From: a virus
Length of the DNA stretch: 64,000 nucleotides
Direction: 5' to 3' (one strand)
IMG/VR virus record: IMGVR_UViG_3300037466_003456
Coordinates: 32,001 to 96,000 of that record
Part shown: positions 26,325 through 33,849 of the stretch, piece after piece
Layout: each line of letters opens with the position of its first letter
Position numbering within the stretch: position 1 is the first letter of the stretch
Translations under genes and position numbers: made by a program
Notes under the pieces: model-generated
Seen by the model: only the letters and a program-made list of their open reading frames with translations
Database searches by the model: none
What the model was told of the DNA's origin: nothing

Positions 26325-26606
26325 TCAACCAACCATCCTTCCTCTTCTGCTAACAGAACGTTGTATCGTTCCGGGTTTATGATAGTCAGGATCTGCACCT
26401 GGCATATCCCATCCAAACATGGCACCAACCCACATTGCCTTTGCTTCTTCAGATGTCACGCCATGAAGAAAATTCAATTCGTCTGATGATTTCACATTAT
26501 TTTTATCCCAATGATGAAGCCCTCTTTCGCCCAGAATAATCATCATCGTTTTTCCTGTTAATTCAGATTGAGCAAATGCATATAACGGTAAATTGTTTTT
26601 CATCAT
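26325..26606 (-). CDS. Hypothetical phage protein
   Basis: AMWVGAMFGWDMPGADPD motif; AAGGG SD. Confidence 0.65.
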   Translation of the reverse strand: MMKNNLPLYAFAQSELTGKTMMIILGERGLHHWDKNNVKSSDELNFLHGVTSEEAKAMWVGAMFGWDMPGADPDYHKPGTIQRSVSRRGRMVG

Positions 26607-26651
26607 TATCCATCCCTTCTCAAATAAAAAGACCCACCGGAATAAGGTGGG

Positions 26652-27038
26652 TCAACTGATTTTTATAAAGTTGTGTACATCTTCACCGAATACAGTCTTC
26701 AACTTTTCTAAAGAAATCAATGTCCATGGGTCAATATCAACAGGTTTTGTATCCATAATCTCTTCGATTTTAATAGGCGTTCCATCAGCCTTTGCTACAA
26801 CAGAATTTCCCGTTAAGTTTTGCTGATGGATCAAGGTCGCGATTTCTAACTCAACGAACAATTCTCTGGCTAGTTTTTCCCAATGCCTAATGATTTTTTC
26901 AGCCTGAAGCGTTTCTCTAGATAGAATCGCTTCTTCCAACATCTTGGAACCTTTGTTCAATCGAATCAAAGTAGCTTTTGCTTTTTTTAAACTTTCCTGA
27001 TATTCAACGGTGCCTGCTGGGACTTTCACTGTTATCAC
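26652..27038 (-). CDS. Hypothetical protein (128 aa)
   Basis: Last gene of the SbcCD-DnaJ operon; followed by the hairpin GACCCACC/GGTGGGTC. Confidence 0.7.
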   Translation of the reverse strand: MITVKVPAGTVEYQESLKKAKATLIRLNKGSKMLEEAILSRETLQAEKIIRHWEKLARELFVELEIATLIHQQNLTGNSVVAKADGTPIKIEEIMDTKPVDIDPWTLISLEKLKTVFGEDVHNFIKIS

Positions 27039-27043
27039 TCTTT

Positions 27044-27688
27044 CTAGGATGGAATGCTTGAACTAATTCTGCTGACACCATTTACTTTCTCTATATAAAT
27101 AGAGTGGTCAGCTACCTGCATTAATGAGGTGTCATGGGTAATCATAATGTTTTGCTTTTTAAACATGTGTGTAAGTTCATAAATCAATTCGGCAAAGGCT
27201 TGTCTAGAACTTGCTGACACCATTTTACCTGGTTCATCAAGAATGATAGGACCGATTGGGGCGGGATTTAAAATTTTCAGTAATCCGAAACGAAGACCGG
27301 CAGCAATCACATCCACCACGCCACCACCTACGCTATCTTTTGGCTCAGAGCGGACATTTCCTTCTTCGTTCAATACATAGAAGGAAACAGCTGTACTATT
27401 ATGAGATGTATCAATTTCAATTTCAAAAGACATGGAGTCTCCAAAAACGGACTGCAAGCATAATGTAACAATTTGTTCTAAACCAGAAGCAATCTCGGCT
27501 CGTGCTGCTTCTGCTAACTCTTGGAGGAAAATACGAACTTCCTCCAATTTGGAAACTTCTTTTGTTAACTCTTCAAAAATTGATTCATTTCGCTGAATAT
27601 CTCTTTTAAGGTCTTTGTGAGCTTGAATTAATTCTTCATGTTCTTGAATACGTCGACTGGTGATAGACAACAGACTTTCCAGTTCCAT
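27044..27688 (-). CDS. sbcC: SbcC/Rad50-like ATPase, C-terminal half
   Basis: Signature-like SVGGG, Walker B IILDEP, H-loop ITHD; N-terminal coiled coil. Confidence 0.8.
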   Translation of the reverse strand: MELESLLSITSRRIQEHEELIQAHKDLKRDIQRNESIFEELTKEVSKLEEVRIFLQELAEAARAEIASGLEQIVTLCLQSVFGDSMSFEIEIDTSHNSTAVSFYVLNEEGNVRSEPKDSVGGGVVDVIAAGLRFGLLKILNPAPIGPIILDEPGKMVSASSRQAFAELIYELTHMFKKQNIMITHDTSLMQVADHSIYIEKVNGVSRISSSIPS

Positions 27689-27957
27689 TAAACATCCTCC
27701 CCTAAGTCACGAAGGATTTCAGCCATTTGATTTTTCTTCTCTGTAATGGTCTTAGCGATTTCTTTCAAGTGCTCCATGCCCTCTTCATAAGAAGATATCT
27801 CGATTCCAGTTTCTTTTTTGATAGATTGATAAATATGCTGAATCTCACCAGTCAAGGCTTCTTTTTTACCTTGAGCCTGCTGTCCCTTCCGTTTGATTCG
27901 TTCCCCTTTGCTTTTCATATCCTCAATTTCTTTAAAAACTTCATCGAAAGTTGCCAT
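27688..27957 (-). CDS. Coiled-coil protein (89 aa) between the SbcC halves
   Basis: Heptad-rich; TAATG coupling to the downstream half. Confidence 0.7.
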   Translation of the reverse strand: MATFDEVFKEIEDMKSKGERIKRKGQQAQGKKEALTGEIQHIYQSIKKETGIEISSYEEGMEHLKEIAKTITEKKNQMAEILRDLGEDV

Positions 27958-27974
27958 TTATGATTTCCTCCCCT

Positions 27975-29255
27975 TTAAATAAAAAGTGCCTCAACGTGTT
28001 CGTGACTGATAGAATCCGTCTTTTGTCCACATGTAGCACAAATGCCGGCATCATGAAACTTTGCCGCAAGCTCTAGGATGAGCTGTTTAAGCTGTGCTTC
28101 TGTTTCCTTAGTGATTTTTTTGTTGACTTCAATATCCTCTTCGTAACGCTTTATTCCTTCTAAATGGTTGAACAATATTCGGAATGTAGTTAATTCCATA
28201 TCGGGAGTAACGGAATCAAGTTCAGTCAGACGACCGATATAACTGGTATCTATACCTTCTAACTCACTTTCCTTTGTTTCTAATTGCTGAAGCAGACGAG
28301 ATAACTCCCGAAAATTCTCCACTTTTTCATCGATTTCTTTACGTTTGCCATCCCACGCTCGAATTTTATCCTCCGGGATTGTGTGGAGTACAGAAAGTTC
28401 AGCTTGGAGCTGTTCTAAACGATTGATAATGGGACTCAAAAAACGGAATTGTCGGACTTGATCATCGGCTTCGGCTGGCCATTCAGTAATCAAACGGTCT
28501 GCTTTTTCGATGTCTTTTTTAAGTTGAATTAATTCTTCCTGAATATCACATAGCCTTTTTAATTGTTTCGTCATATATTCGTTTACTTCTAGGATCGATT
28601 CAATTCCTTCTTTTAGTTCTTTTAATGTTCCGATTTTCACCTGCAGCCGTTCGATTTCCACTTTCTTTTTCTCTAATTCCAGCTTTAGTTTTTTCAATTC
28701 TTTTTCAACACTATTTTTGGCTTTATTACTGGCGGTATGATCCGAATTGACCTCTGATAATGCACGATCGACCCGAGATAATTCCTCTAAGTTTCCTAAT
28801 ACTTCAGCTCTTTGTTTCGGCTTCAATGACATCATAAAAGGACCTTCGGTTTGTTCGGCTATCTGAAAATAAATGCCGTCCCCCACAGGTGTAATGCCAT
28901 GAGCTTTCACAATCTTTTCAGGTATTTTTTTGCCAAATCCAGAAAACGGATCTAATTTTCCATTCTCGTCTATTAGTTCATAAAAATTGCCTTTCTTTCG
29001 GTCTCTTTTACGGATAATGGTTTTTCCGTTGGAGAGAAAAACTTTTACAATCGCTTCATTGGCCCCGTTTCGAATGAAATCTGTTCCGTCAGGACTATTT
29101 AACAAGCACCAACGGATTGCTCGGATAATCGAAGTTTTCCCTTGGTTGGATTCTCCAACAATGGCATTTAGACCATTAACGAAATCAATCGTAGTGAACT
29201 CGTGAGATTGAAAATTCGTTATTTCCAATCTCTTAATCCAAATATCTTCATTCAT
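27975..29255 (-). CDS. sbcC: SbcC/Rad50-like ATPase, N-terminal half ending at the zinc hook
   Basis: IKRLEITNFQSH, Walker A GESNQGKTS, coiled coil, terminal CATCGQ hook. Confidence 0.85.
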   Translation of the reverse strand: MNEDIWIKRLEITNFQSHEFTTIDFVNGLNAIVGESNQGKTSIIRAIRWCLLNSPDGTDFIRNGANEAIVKVFLSNGKTIIRKRDRKKGNFYELIDENGKLDPFSGFGKKIPEKIVKAHGITPVGDGIYFQIAEQTEGPFMMSLKPKQRAEVLGNLEELSRVDRALSEVNSDHTASNKAKNSVEKELKKLKLELEKKKVEIERLQVKIGTLKELKEGIESILEVNEYMTKQLKRLCDIQEELIQLKKDIEKADRLITEWPAEADDQVRQFRFLSPIINRLEQLQAELSVLHTIPEDKIRAWDGKRKEIDEKVENFRELSRLLQQLETKESELEGIDTSYIGRLTELDSVTPDMELTTFRILFNHLEGIKRYEEDIEVNKKITKETEAQLKQLILELAAKFHDAGICATCGQKTDSISHEHVEALFI

Positions 29256-30289
29256 GTTACTGGCGCACCTTCTTTATTTAAACGTTTAAGTATTTCCTTA
29301 GCATCTTCATCAGTAGCAGTCGTAGGAACATCAATATATAAAGTTCCGATAAACATTCCATATTGCTTACGCTCCGGATCATACAGACCACCATCGGGTA
29401 TATTGATAAGGTTCCTATTTTTTATTCCTTTGTTGATCGGCATCTTCACTTTTTTTCCGTTAGGTAATGAAATGGTGATTTCGCCTCCTAATAAGGCTGT
29501 TTCAAAGGGAACAAGAATCTCTTGTGCCAAGTCATATTTATTTCGAATTACGTAAGTATCATTAACAGATTGCTGGAAAACGATAAATAGATCACCGTTC
29601 TTCCCGCCATTCAATCCTGCGTCGCCCTTGTCCCGAATCCGCATTTGGAACCCTTCTGTCACTCCATCTGGAATCGGAAAGGTTATTTTTACTGCTTCGG
29701 AAACCTTTCCTTTTGTATGACAGGTTTGGCAATCTTCCCTTTGAAAATAACCGGTACCGTCGCAAGTACCGCATTCTTTTTCTGTTTTAATACTTCCAAA
29801 AGGAGTATGGGTATCAGTGAATGTATGGCCAGCACCTCCACAACGACTACACATGTTTGCGATGTCCCTGTGATAGCCGTGGCCGTCACAATCTTTGCAA
29901 TTGGCTTCACGAACAAATTCAATTGTCTTTTCGGCTTGGGTTAATACTTCAGATGCGGTGAAGTATACTTTCATCTCCACGCTTTCGCCTTGTACGGGAC
30001 TATGAGCACCTGTGCGATGGAAATGAAATTTACTTAACAGTTGATCAAACCCAAGGCCTTTTCCAACCGTTTTTAGTAAATGGTCATAGCGTTCCCGTTC
30101 TTCAACATCTTTTAAGATTTCATAAGCGTTCACGACTTCCTGGTAACGCTCGACAGCATCCGGTTCTTTACATATATCTGGGTGCCACTTCTTTGCCTGT
30201 TTTCGATAAGCGACGTTGATTTCTTTTTCGGTTGCTGTTTCTTCAATTTCAAGGACTTCATAAAAGTTAATCATTTCGTGTTTCGTCAA
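29252..30289 (-). CDS. dnaJ: DnaJ co-chaperone
   Basis: J-domain with HPD; four CxxCxGxG-type repeats; C-terminal substrate-binding domain (GDAGLNGGKNGDL). Confidence 0.92.
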   Translation of the reverse strand: MTKHEMINFYEVLEIEETATEKEINVAYRKQAKKWHPDICKEPDAVERYQEVVNAYEILKDVEERERYDHLLKTVGKGLGFDQLLSKFHFHRTGAHSPVQGESVEMKVYFTASEVLTQAEKTIEFVREANCKDCDGHGYHRDIANMCSRCGGAGHTFTDTHTPFGSIKTEKECGTCDGTGYFQREDCQTCHTKGKVSEAVKITFPIPDGVTEGFQMRIRDKGDAGLNGGKNGDLFIVFQQSVNDTYVIRNKYDLAQEILVPFETALLGGEITISLPNGKKVKMPINKGIKNRNLINIPDGGLYDPERKQYGMFIGTLYIDVPTTATDEDAKEILKRLNKEGAPVT

Positions 30290-30303
30290 ATCTATCCCTC
30301 ATT

Positions 30304-31326
30304 TCATCCTATTTGTCTTAAATCCTCAAAACCTAGATATCTGACAACTTCGTTAAAGATTTCTGGTTTGGTTGAGTTTCGATATTCTTCTAGGATGGCG
30401 CGAAGGTCGAGAGATTGAATATCGATGGTTCTAATGATTTCTCGGACATTTCCTTTTGCTTCTTTTAACTTTGCTAAAGCTTCTGCTTTTTTATCTATCT
30501 CTGTTCGGTCCATTACCTCTGTTCCTAACTTAGCGACAGGGCATTGAATCGGTTCGATTTCAGGAGTTCCATCGTCATGGATGGTGATTAAGGCATATTT
30601 CGGCATACGGTTCATTTCCACATGACTAGCATGAACCCTGGCTAATGCACCCGGATTATAAACCAAACCATGGTCTGTTTTAGTGACTGGAAATCCTGTG
30701 TGCTCATGCCCTGTCAATGTCACCGTAGCACGGGTATGTTTCATTTCATCAATGACCGTATGGACAATATCATCCATAATCGGTTTAGGCGTTAACCAGC
30801 CATGCACGATATGAATATGGGGAGTTCCGTCGTATTCCTCAATGACGTAATCCCTTGAACGATGTTCTACAATTTCCTGTGTTTCAGGATCTAAGATATG
30901 TCGGTCTAACTGAGCGTAGGAACTCACGCCACTCAACTTCACCTTTTGCCCGTTTGCCTCAAAAATAATAGGCTGTCGATTTAAGATGACAAGATTAGGG
31001 AAAAAGTTTTGAAACACCCCAATGGAATTTTGATTGACCGTATTCGGGTTCATTCCGTGAATATCATGATTCCCCCAAATTCCATACATCATTTTTCCTT
31101 TTAATCCTTCGCGTATGATATTTCCTAAATGATTTACATACGACGCTGCTATATTTTCTCTATTAAAAAAATCTCCACCATGCAAATAAGCATCTACACC
31201 TAATTCATGACCCAACCAAAAGGAATGGTTAATTTTAGCCTCTAGGGTACTGGGGAAATCATCGATTCGGGATTTTGGATTTTTGTTATCTCCATGCCAA
31301 TCTGTTGTATATATAAATCTAAGCAT
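30304..31326 (-). CDS. sbcD: SbcD/Mre11-like metallophosphoesterase nuclease
   Basis: TDWHG, HGGDFF, GNHD, HIVHG, GHEH motifs. Confidence 0.88.
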   Translation of the reverse strand: MLRFIYTTDWHGDNKNPKSRIDDFPSTLEAKINHSFWLGHELGVDAYLHGGDFFNRENIAASYVNHLGNIIREGLKGKMMYGIWGNHDIHGMNPNTVNQNSIGVFQNFFPNLVILNRQPIIFEANGQKVKLSGVSSYAQLDRHILDPETQEIVEHRSRDYVIEEYDGTPHIHIVHGWLTPKPIMDDIVHTVIDEMKHTRATVTLTGHEHTGFPVTKTDHGLVYNPGALARVHASHVEMNRMPKYALITIHDDGTPEIEPIQCPVAKLGTEVMDRTEIDKKAEALAKLKEAKGNVREIIRTIDIQSLDLRAILEEYRNSTKPEIFNEVVRYLGFEDLRQIG

Positions 31327-31978
31327 CTTCCATGCCTCCGCCTATCGGTAGAACCAAGTTGGAAACTGGCTCTTTCATTATGTTTTTTAACTCATCATCA
31401 AATTCAAATTCCACTACAACATCTTCATCGATTTCATCCAATGTGTCTTCATCCACATCGGGTACCTCTGTTTCTATCAATTCTTTTTCTGTCCTAGAAA
31501 GACGGATGCCTTCTGTAATAGAAACAATTAAACGGTTCACTAATTCTTCTGTTAATACTTTGGTATCATAGGTTACTACAAGTTCTGGATAACCTGGGTG
31601 ATCAATAAATGCTGTATGCATCGGGGCACTTGATTCCTTAATATAGAAATCCATGCACGCCTTAAATAATTGTCTTCCATAAGGGTTAGGAATATGGATT
31701 GGGATGGATACCAAGTTCTTCTTTGGGTCGTAAGGAAATTCGGTTCGATCCCCTACGATGGCGAAACAGACGGTATTTCCAAAGTTATTCAGCAAATCTT
31801 CATTTTTACTGGTTAACCGCCAGTGTTCCGTAAATTCCACTCGAATGGTGAGTAGGTGATTCTCGACTTTTTCCCAGAATTCTAGTTTGTAAATGTGATA
31901 ATCTTGGCATTCCATTTGTACCAATTCCACAGGACATTCCTCCCAAAGACTTAAAAAATAATAGGACAGGAGAACCAT
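31319..31978 (-). CDS. Hypothetical protein (219 aa)
   Basis: ORF overlapping the sbcD start; exact start uncertain. Confidence 0.65.
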   Translation of the reverse strand: MVLLSYYFLSLWEECPVELVQMECQDYHIYKLEFWEKVENHLLTIRVEFTEHWRLTSKNEDLLNNFGNTVCFAIVGDRTEFPYDPKKNLVSIPIHIPNPYGRQLFKACMDFYIKESSAPMHTAFIDHPGYPELVVTYDTKVLTEELVNRLIVSITEGIRLSRTEKELIETEVPDVDEDTLDEIDEDVVVEFEFDDELKNIMKEPVSNLVLPIGGGMEDA

Positions 31979-31999
31979 TTCGGCTCTCCTGTCATTCTA

Positions 32000-32368
32000 T
32001 CATAGTCCTTGATTGATTTTTGCGATATTTTGTTTTTTATTAAATATAACTATTGTTGTCAAACTTGCTACACCAGTTATCCATTTCACACTATCTAATA
32101 TCATTTCTGTCATTTCTCTGCTATGCGCTTTTTCCATTTTTTCTCTTTCTATTTGCTGCGCCACTCTCTTGAACTCTTTGTCGTTCTCGATTTGCATTTT
32201 TTCAATCTCCAACAATCTTGCTTCCTTTGTTGCATGCTTTTTACAAACTGCTTCGACTATCAATCTCACAATTGCTTCATCGTGTTGATTTGCTCCTGTT
32301 TCTTGCTGCACTTCCTTAACTTCTTCCATTACTTCTTTTACTTCGCTTTGTCCTTTTTCCATCTTCAT
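32000..32368 (-). CDS. Coiled-coil protein with C-terminal hydrophobic segment (122 aa)
   Basis: AGGAG SD; promoter motif upstream; hairpin GACAGGAGA/TCTCCTGTC downstream. Confidence 0.7.
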   Translation of the reverse strand: MKMEKGQSEVKEVMEEVKEVQQETGANQHDEAIVRLIVEAVCKKHATKEARLLEIEKMQIENDKEFKRVAQQIEREKMEKAHSREMTEMILDSVKWITGVASLTTIVIFNKKQNIAKINQGL

Positions 32369-32985
32369 TCATCTCCTAAATCGTTATTTACTTCCACATT
32401 CCTTATAACATGGTTTCTGCATTTTCTGGACTCCAGCAAGTTGGGGGTTAATGGCTTAAAATCCGTTTGAATTTTCCTCGGAACAAAGTTAGCTAACGCA
32501 TGACAAAGGCTGGATTCATCGTAATAATTACCTGTCATAAACAAATGGGTCTTAAATACTAGAATGATAAAAACCTTTTGATACTTACCGATGTTTTCAA
32601 TTTCTTTGATAATGGGCTTCGTATTTCGGATGTACACTTTTGGTTTTTCCTTAATTTTGCGAAACATGGATTCTGGATCCCGTTTCATTTCATTCATTGT
32701 AAAAAATAAAGCCCCTCTTACTTCTTTTTGAGTGAGAGGGGCATGGGTCGGTTCGTATACAGACCAATGAGTATTTTGTTTATTAAACCGAAAAACATAA
32801 GCTGCTCTTAAATTTGGAATCGTAACTAAATTTAAGATGCACCGTTTTAAACAAACGTCCATTTCGTCGTTCGTCGCAGTGCAATCAGCAATCGGCAATT
32901 CATAAATTTGCTTGGCATAAGGGTTTTTATTGATGATTGGGAACGGAGACTTCGCCAACACTTTAAGCATCATACCACCTCTCAA
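32365..32985 (-). CDS. Hypothetical protein (206 aa)
   Basis: ORF; its 3' end contains the next promoter motif. Confidence 0.65.
   Translation of the reverse strand: MRGGMMLKVLAKSPFPIINKNPYAKQIYELPIADCTATNDEMDVCLKRCILNLVTIPNLRAAYVFRFNKQNTHWSVYEPTHAPLTQKEVRGALFFTMNEMKRDPESMFRKIKEKPKVYIRNTKPIIKEIENIGKYQKVFIILVFKTHLFMTGNYYDESSLCHALANFVPRKIQTDFKPLTPNLLESRKCRNHVIRNVEVNNDLGDE
32395..32410 (-). promoter_or_regulatory. Early-type promoter motif (inside the 3' end of the upstream CDS)
   Basis: TGTTATAAGGAATGTG. Confidence 0.65.
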
Positions 32986-33187
32986 TCAATCGGATTCTTA
33001 CGCCACAGACACATAAGATGAATTTCAAATCCTTCCGGTAATTTCGGATATACTTCCTTTCGCATGCGGGACACACCAGCGACCGCAATTGTTCTTGGTC
33101 AAAGGATAAATTGATATCTTTGCCTAATTCCTCTAAATCTACAAGTTGATCGCTTCTGCTGCCCAACTTTGAATTCTCGTTAACCAT
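32963..33187 (-). CDS. Small Cys-containing protein
   Basis: CPAC and CVC motifs. Confidence 0.55.
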   Translation of the reverse strand: MVNENSKLGSRSDQLVDLEELGKDINLSFDQEQLRSLVCPACERKYIRNYRKDLKFILCVCGVRIRLIERWYDA

Positions 33188-33477
33188 TTAATCCCTCTTT
33201 CCACTTTTGGTCGAATTGCATCCCGCTTCTTCTTAATTCGTTCCGCTCTCCATACTACATACGCCATGCGCATATCATTGTCCGGCAAAACAATAATCGG
33301 CACATCATTAAAAGCTCGGATACCACAGAACCACATTAATTTTAGGAGTTCCTTCCGATTCATCATCTTAATTTGAAGAAGCTCATCCGGTTCGAAATCC
33401 ATCGTTTCAAACGACTCTCTATCTTTCTCGGTTGCTCTCCCCACCTCCACTATCCTGATGTACAATTTCAGATTCAT
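33139..33477 (-). CDS. Hypothetical protein (112 aa)
   Basis: GGAGG SD; first gene of the minus-strand block. Confidence 0.65.
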   Translation of the reverse strand: MNLKLYIRIVEVGRATEKDRESFETMDFEPDELLQIKMMNRKELLKLMWFCGIRAFNDVPIIVLPDNDMRMAYVVWRAERIKKKRDAIRPKVERGIKWLTRIQSWAAEAINL

Positions 33478-33538
33478 CTTAATCCCTCCAAATAAATAAA
33501 AAATAAGATAGAAATCCTCATGATCCCTATCTTTCTAC

Positions 33539-33554
33539 CACCTTACTTATAACA
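33539..33554 (-). promoter_or_regulatory. Early-type promoter motif
   Basis: TGTTATAAGTAAGGTG. Confidence 0.65.
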
Positions 33555-33614
33555 TTTTTTCCCTCATACTCAGCGTTCTAATTTTGCAATTATGATAGTA
33601 TGAAATTATCAATT

Positions 33615-33637
33615 TAGGACTATAGTCATGCTATACT
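33615..33637 (+). promoter_or_regulatory. Candidate late promoter TAGGACT-N9-CTATAC
   Basis: Same geometry recurs at 41332 and 46924. Confidence 0.45.
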
Positions 33638-33675
33638 TTGAACAGGACAACTTATTTAAAAGGGCGGTGTAGATT

Positions 33676-33849
33676 ATGGTGTATTCCTTAGTCGGCCCGA
33701 ACGTGTATATGGATGTGAAAGGACAATTATTCAAGAAGGCAAGTGATGAGTTTGTTCTAATCAAAGATAAGTACACAGAGGCTGAGGACAGATATGTTGA
33801 AAAGCACGCCAACCGAAGGAGGAATCATGATGAAAAGACGGATGATTAA
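33676..33849 (+). CDS. Small protein with K-x-A motifs (57 aa, not in ORF track)
   Basis: MVYSLVGPNVYMDVKGQLFKKASDEFVLIKDKYTEAEDRYVEKHANRRRNHDEKTDD. Confidence 0.55.
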   Translation: MVYSLVGPNVYMDVKGQLFKKASDEFVLIKDKYTEAEDRYVEKHANRRRNHDEKTDD

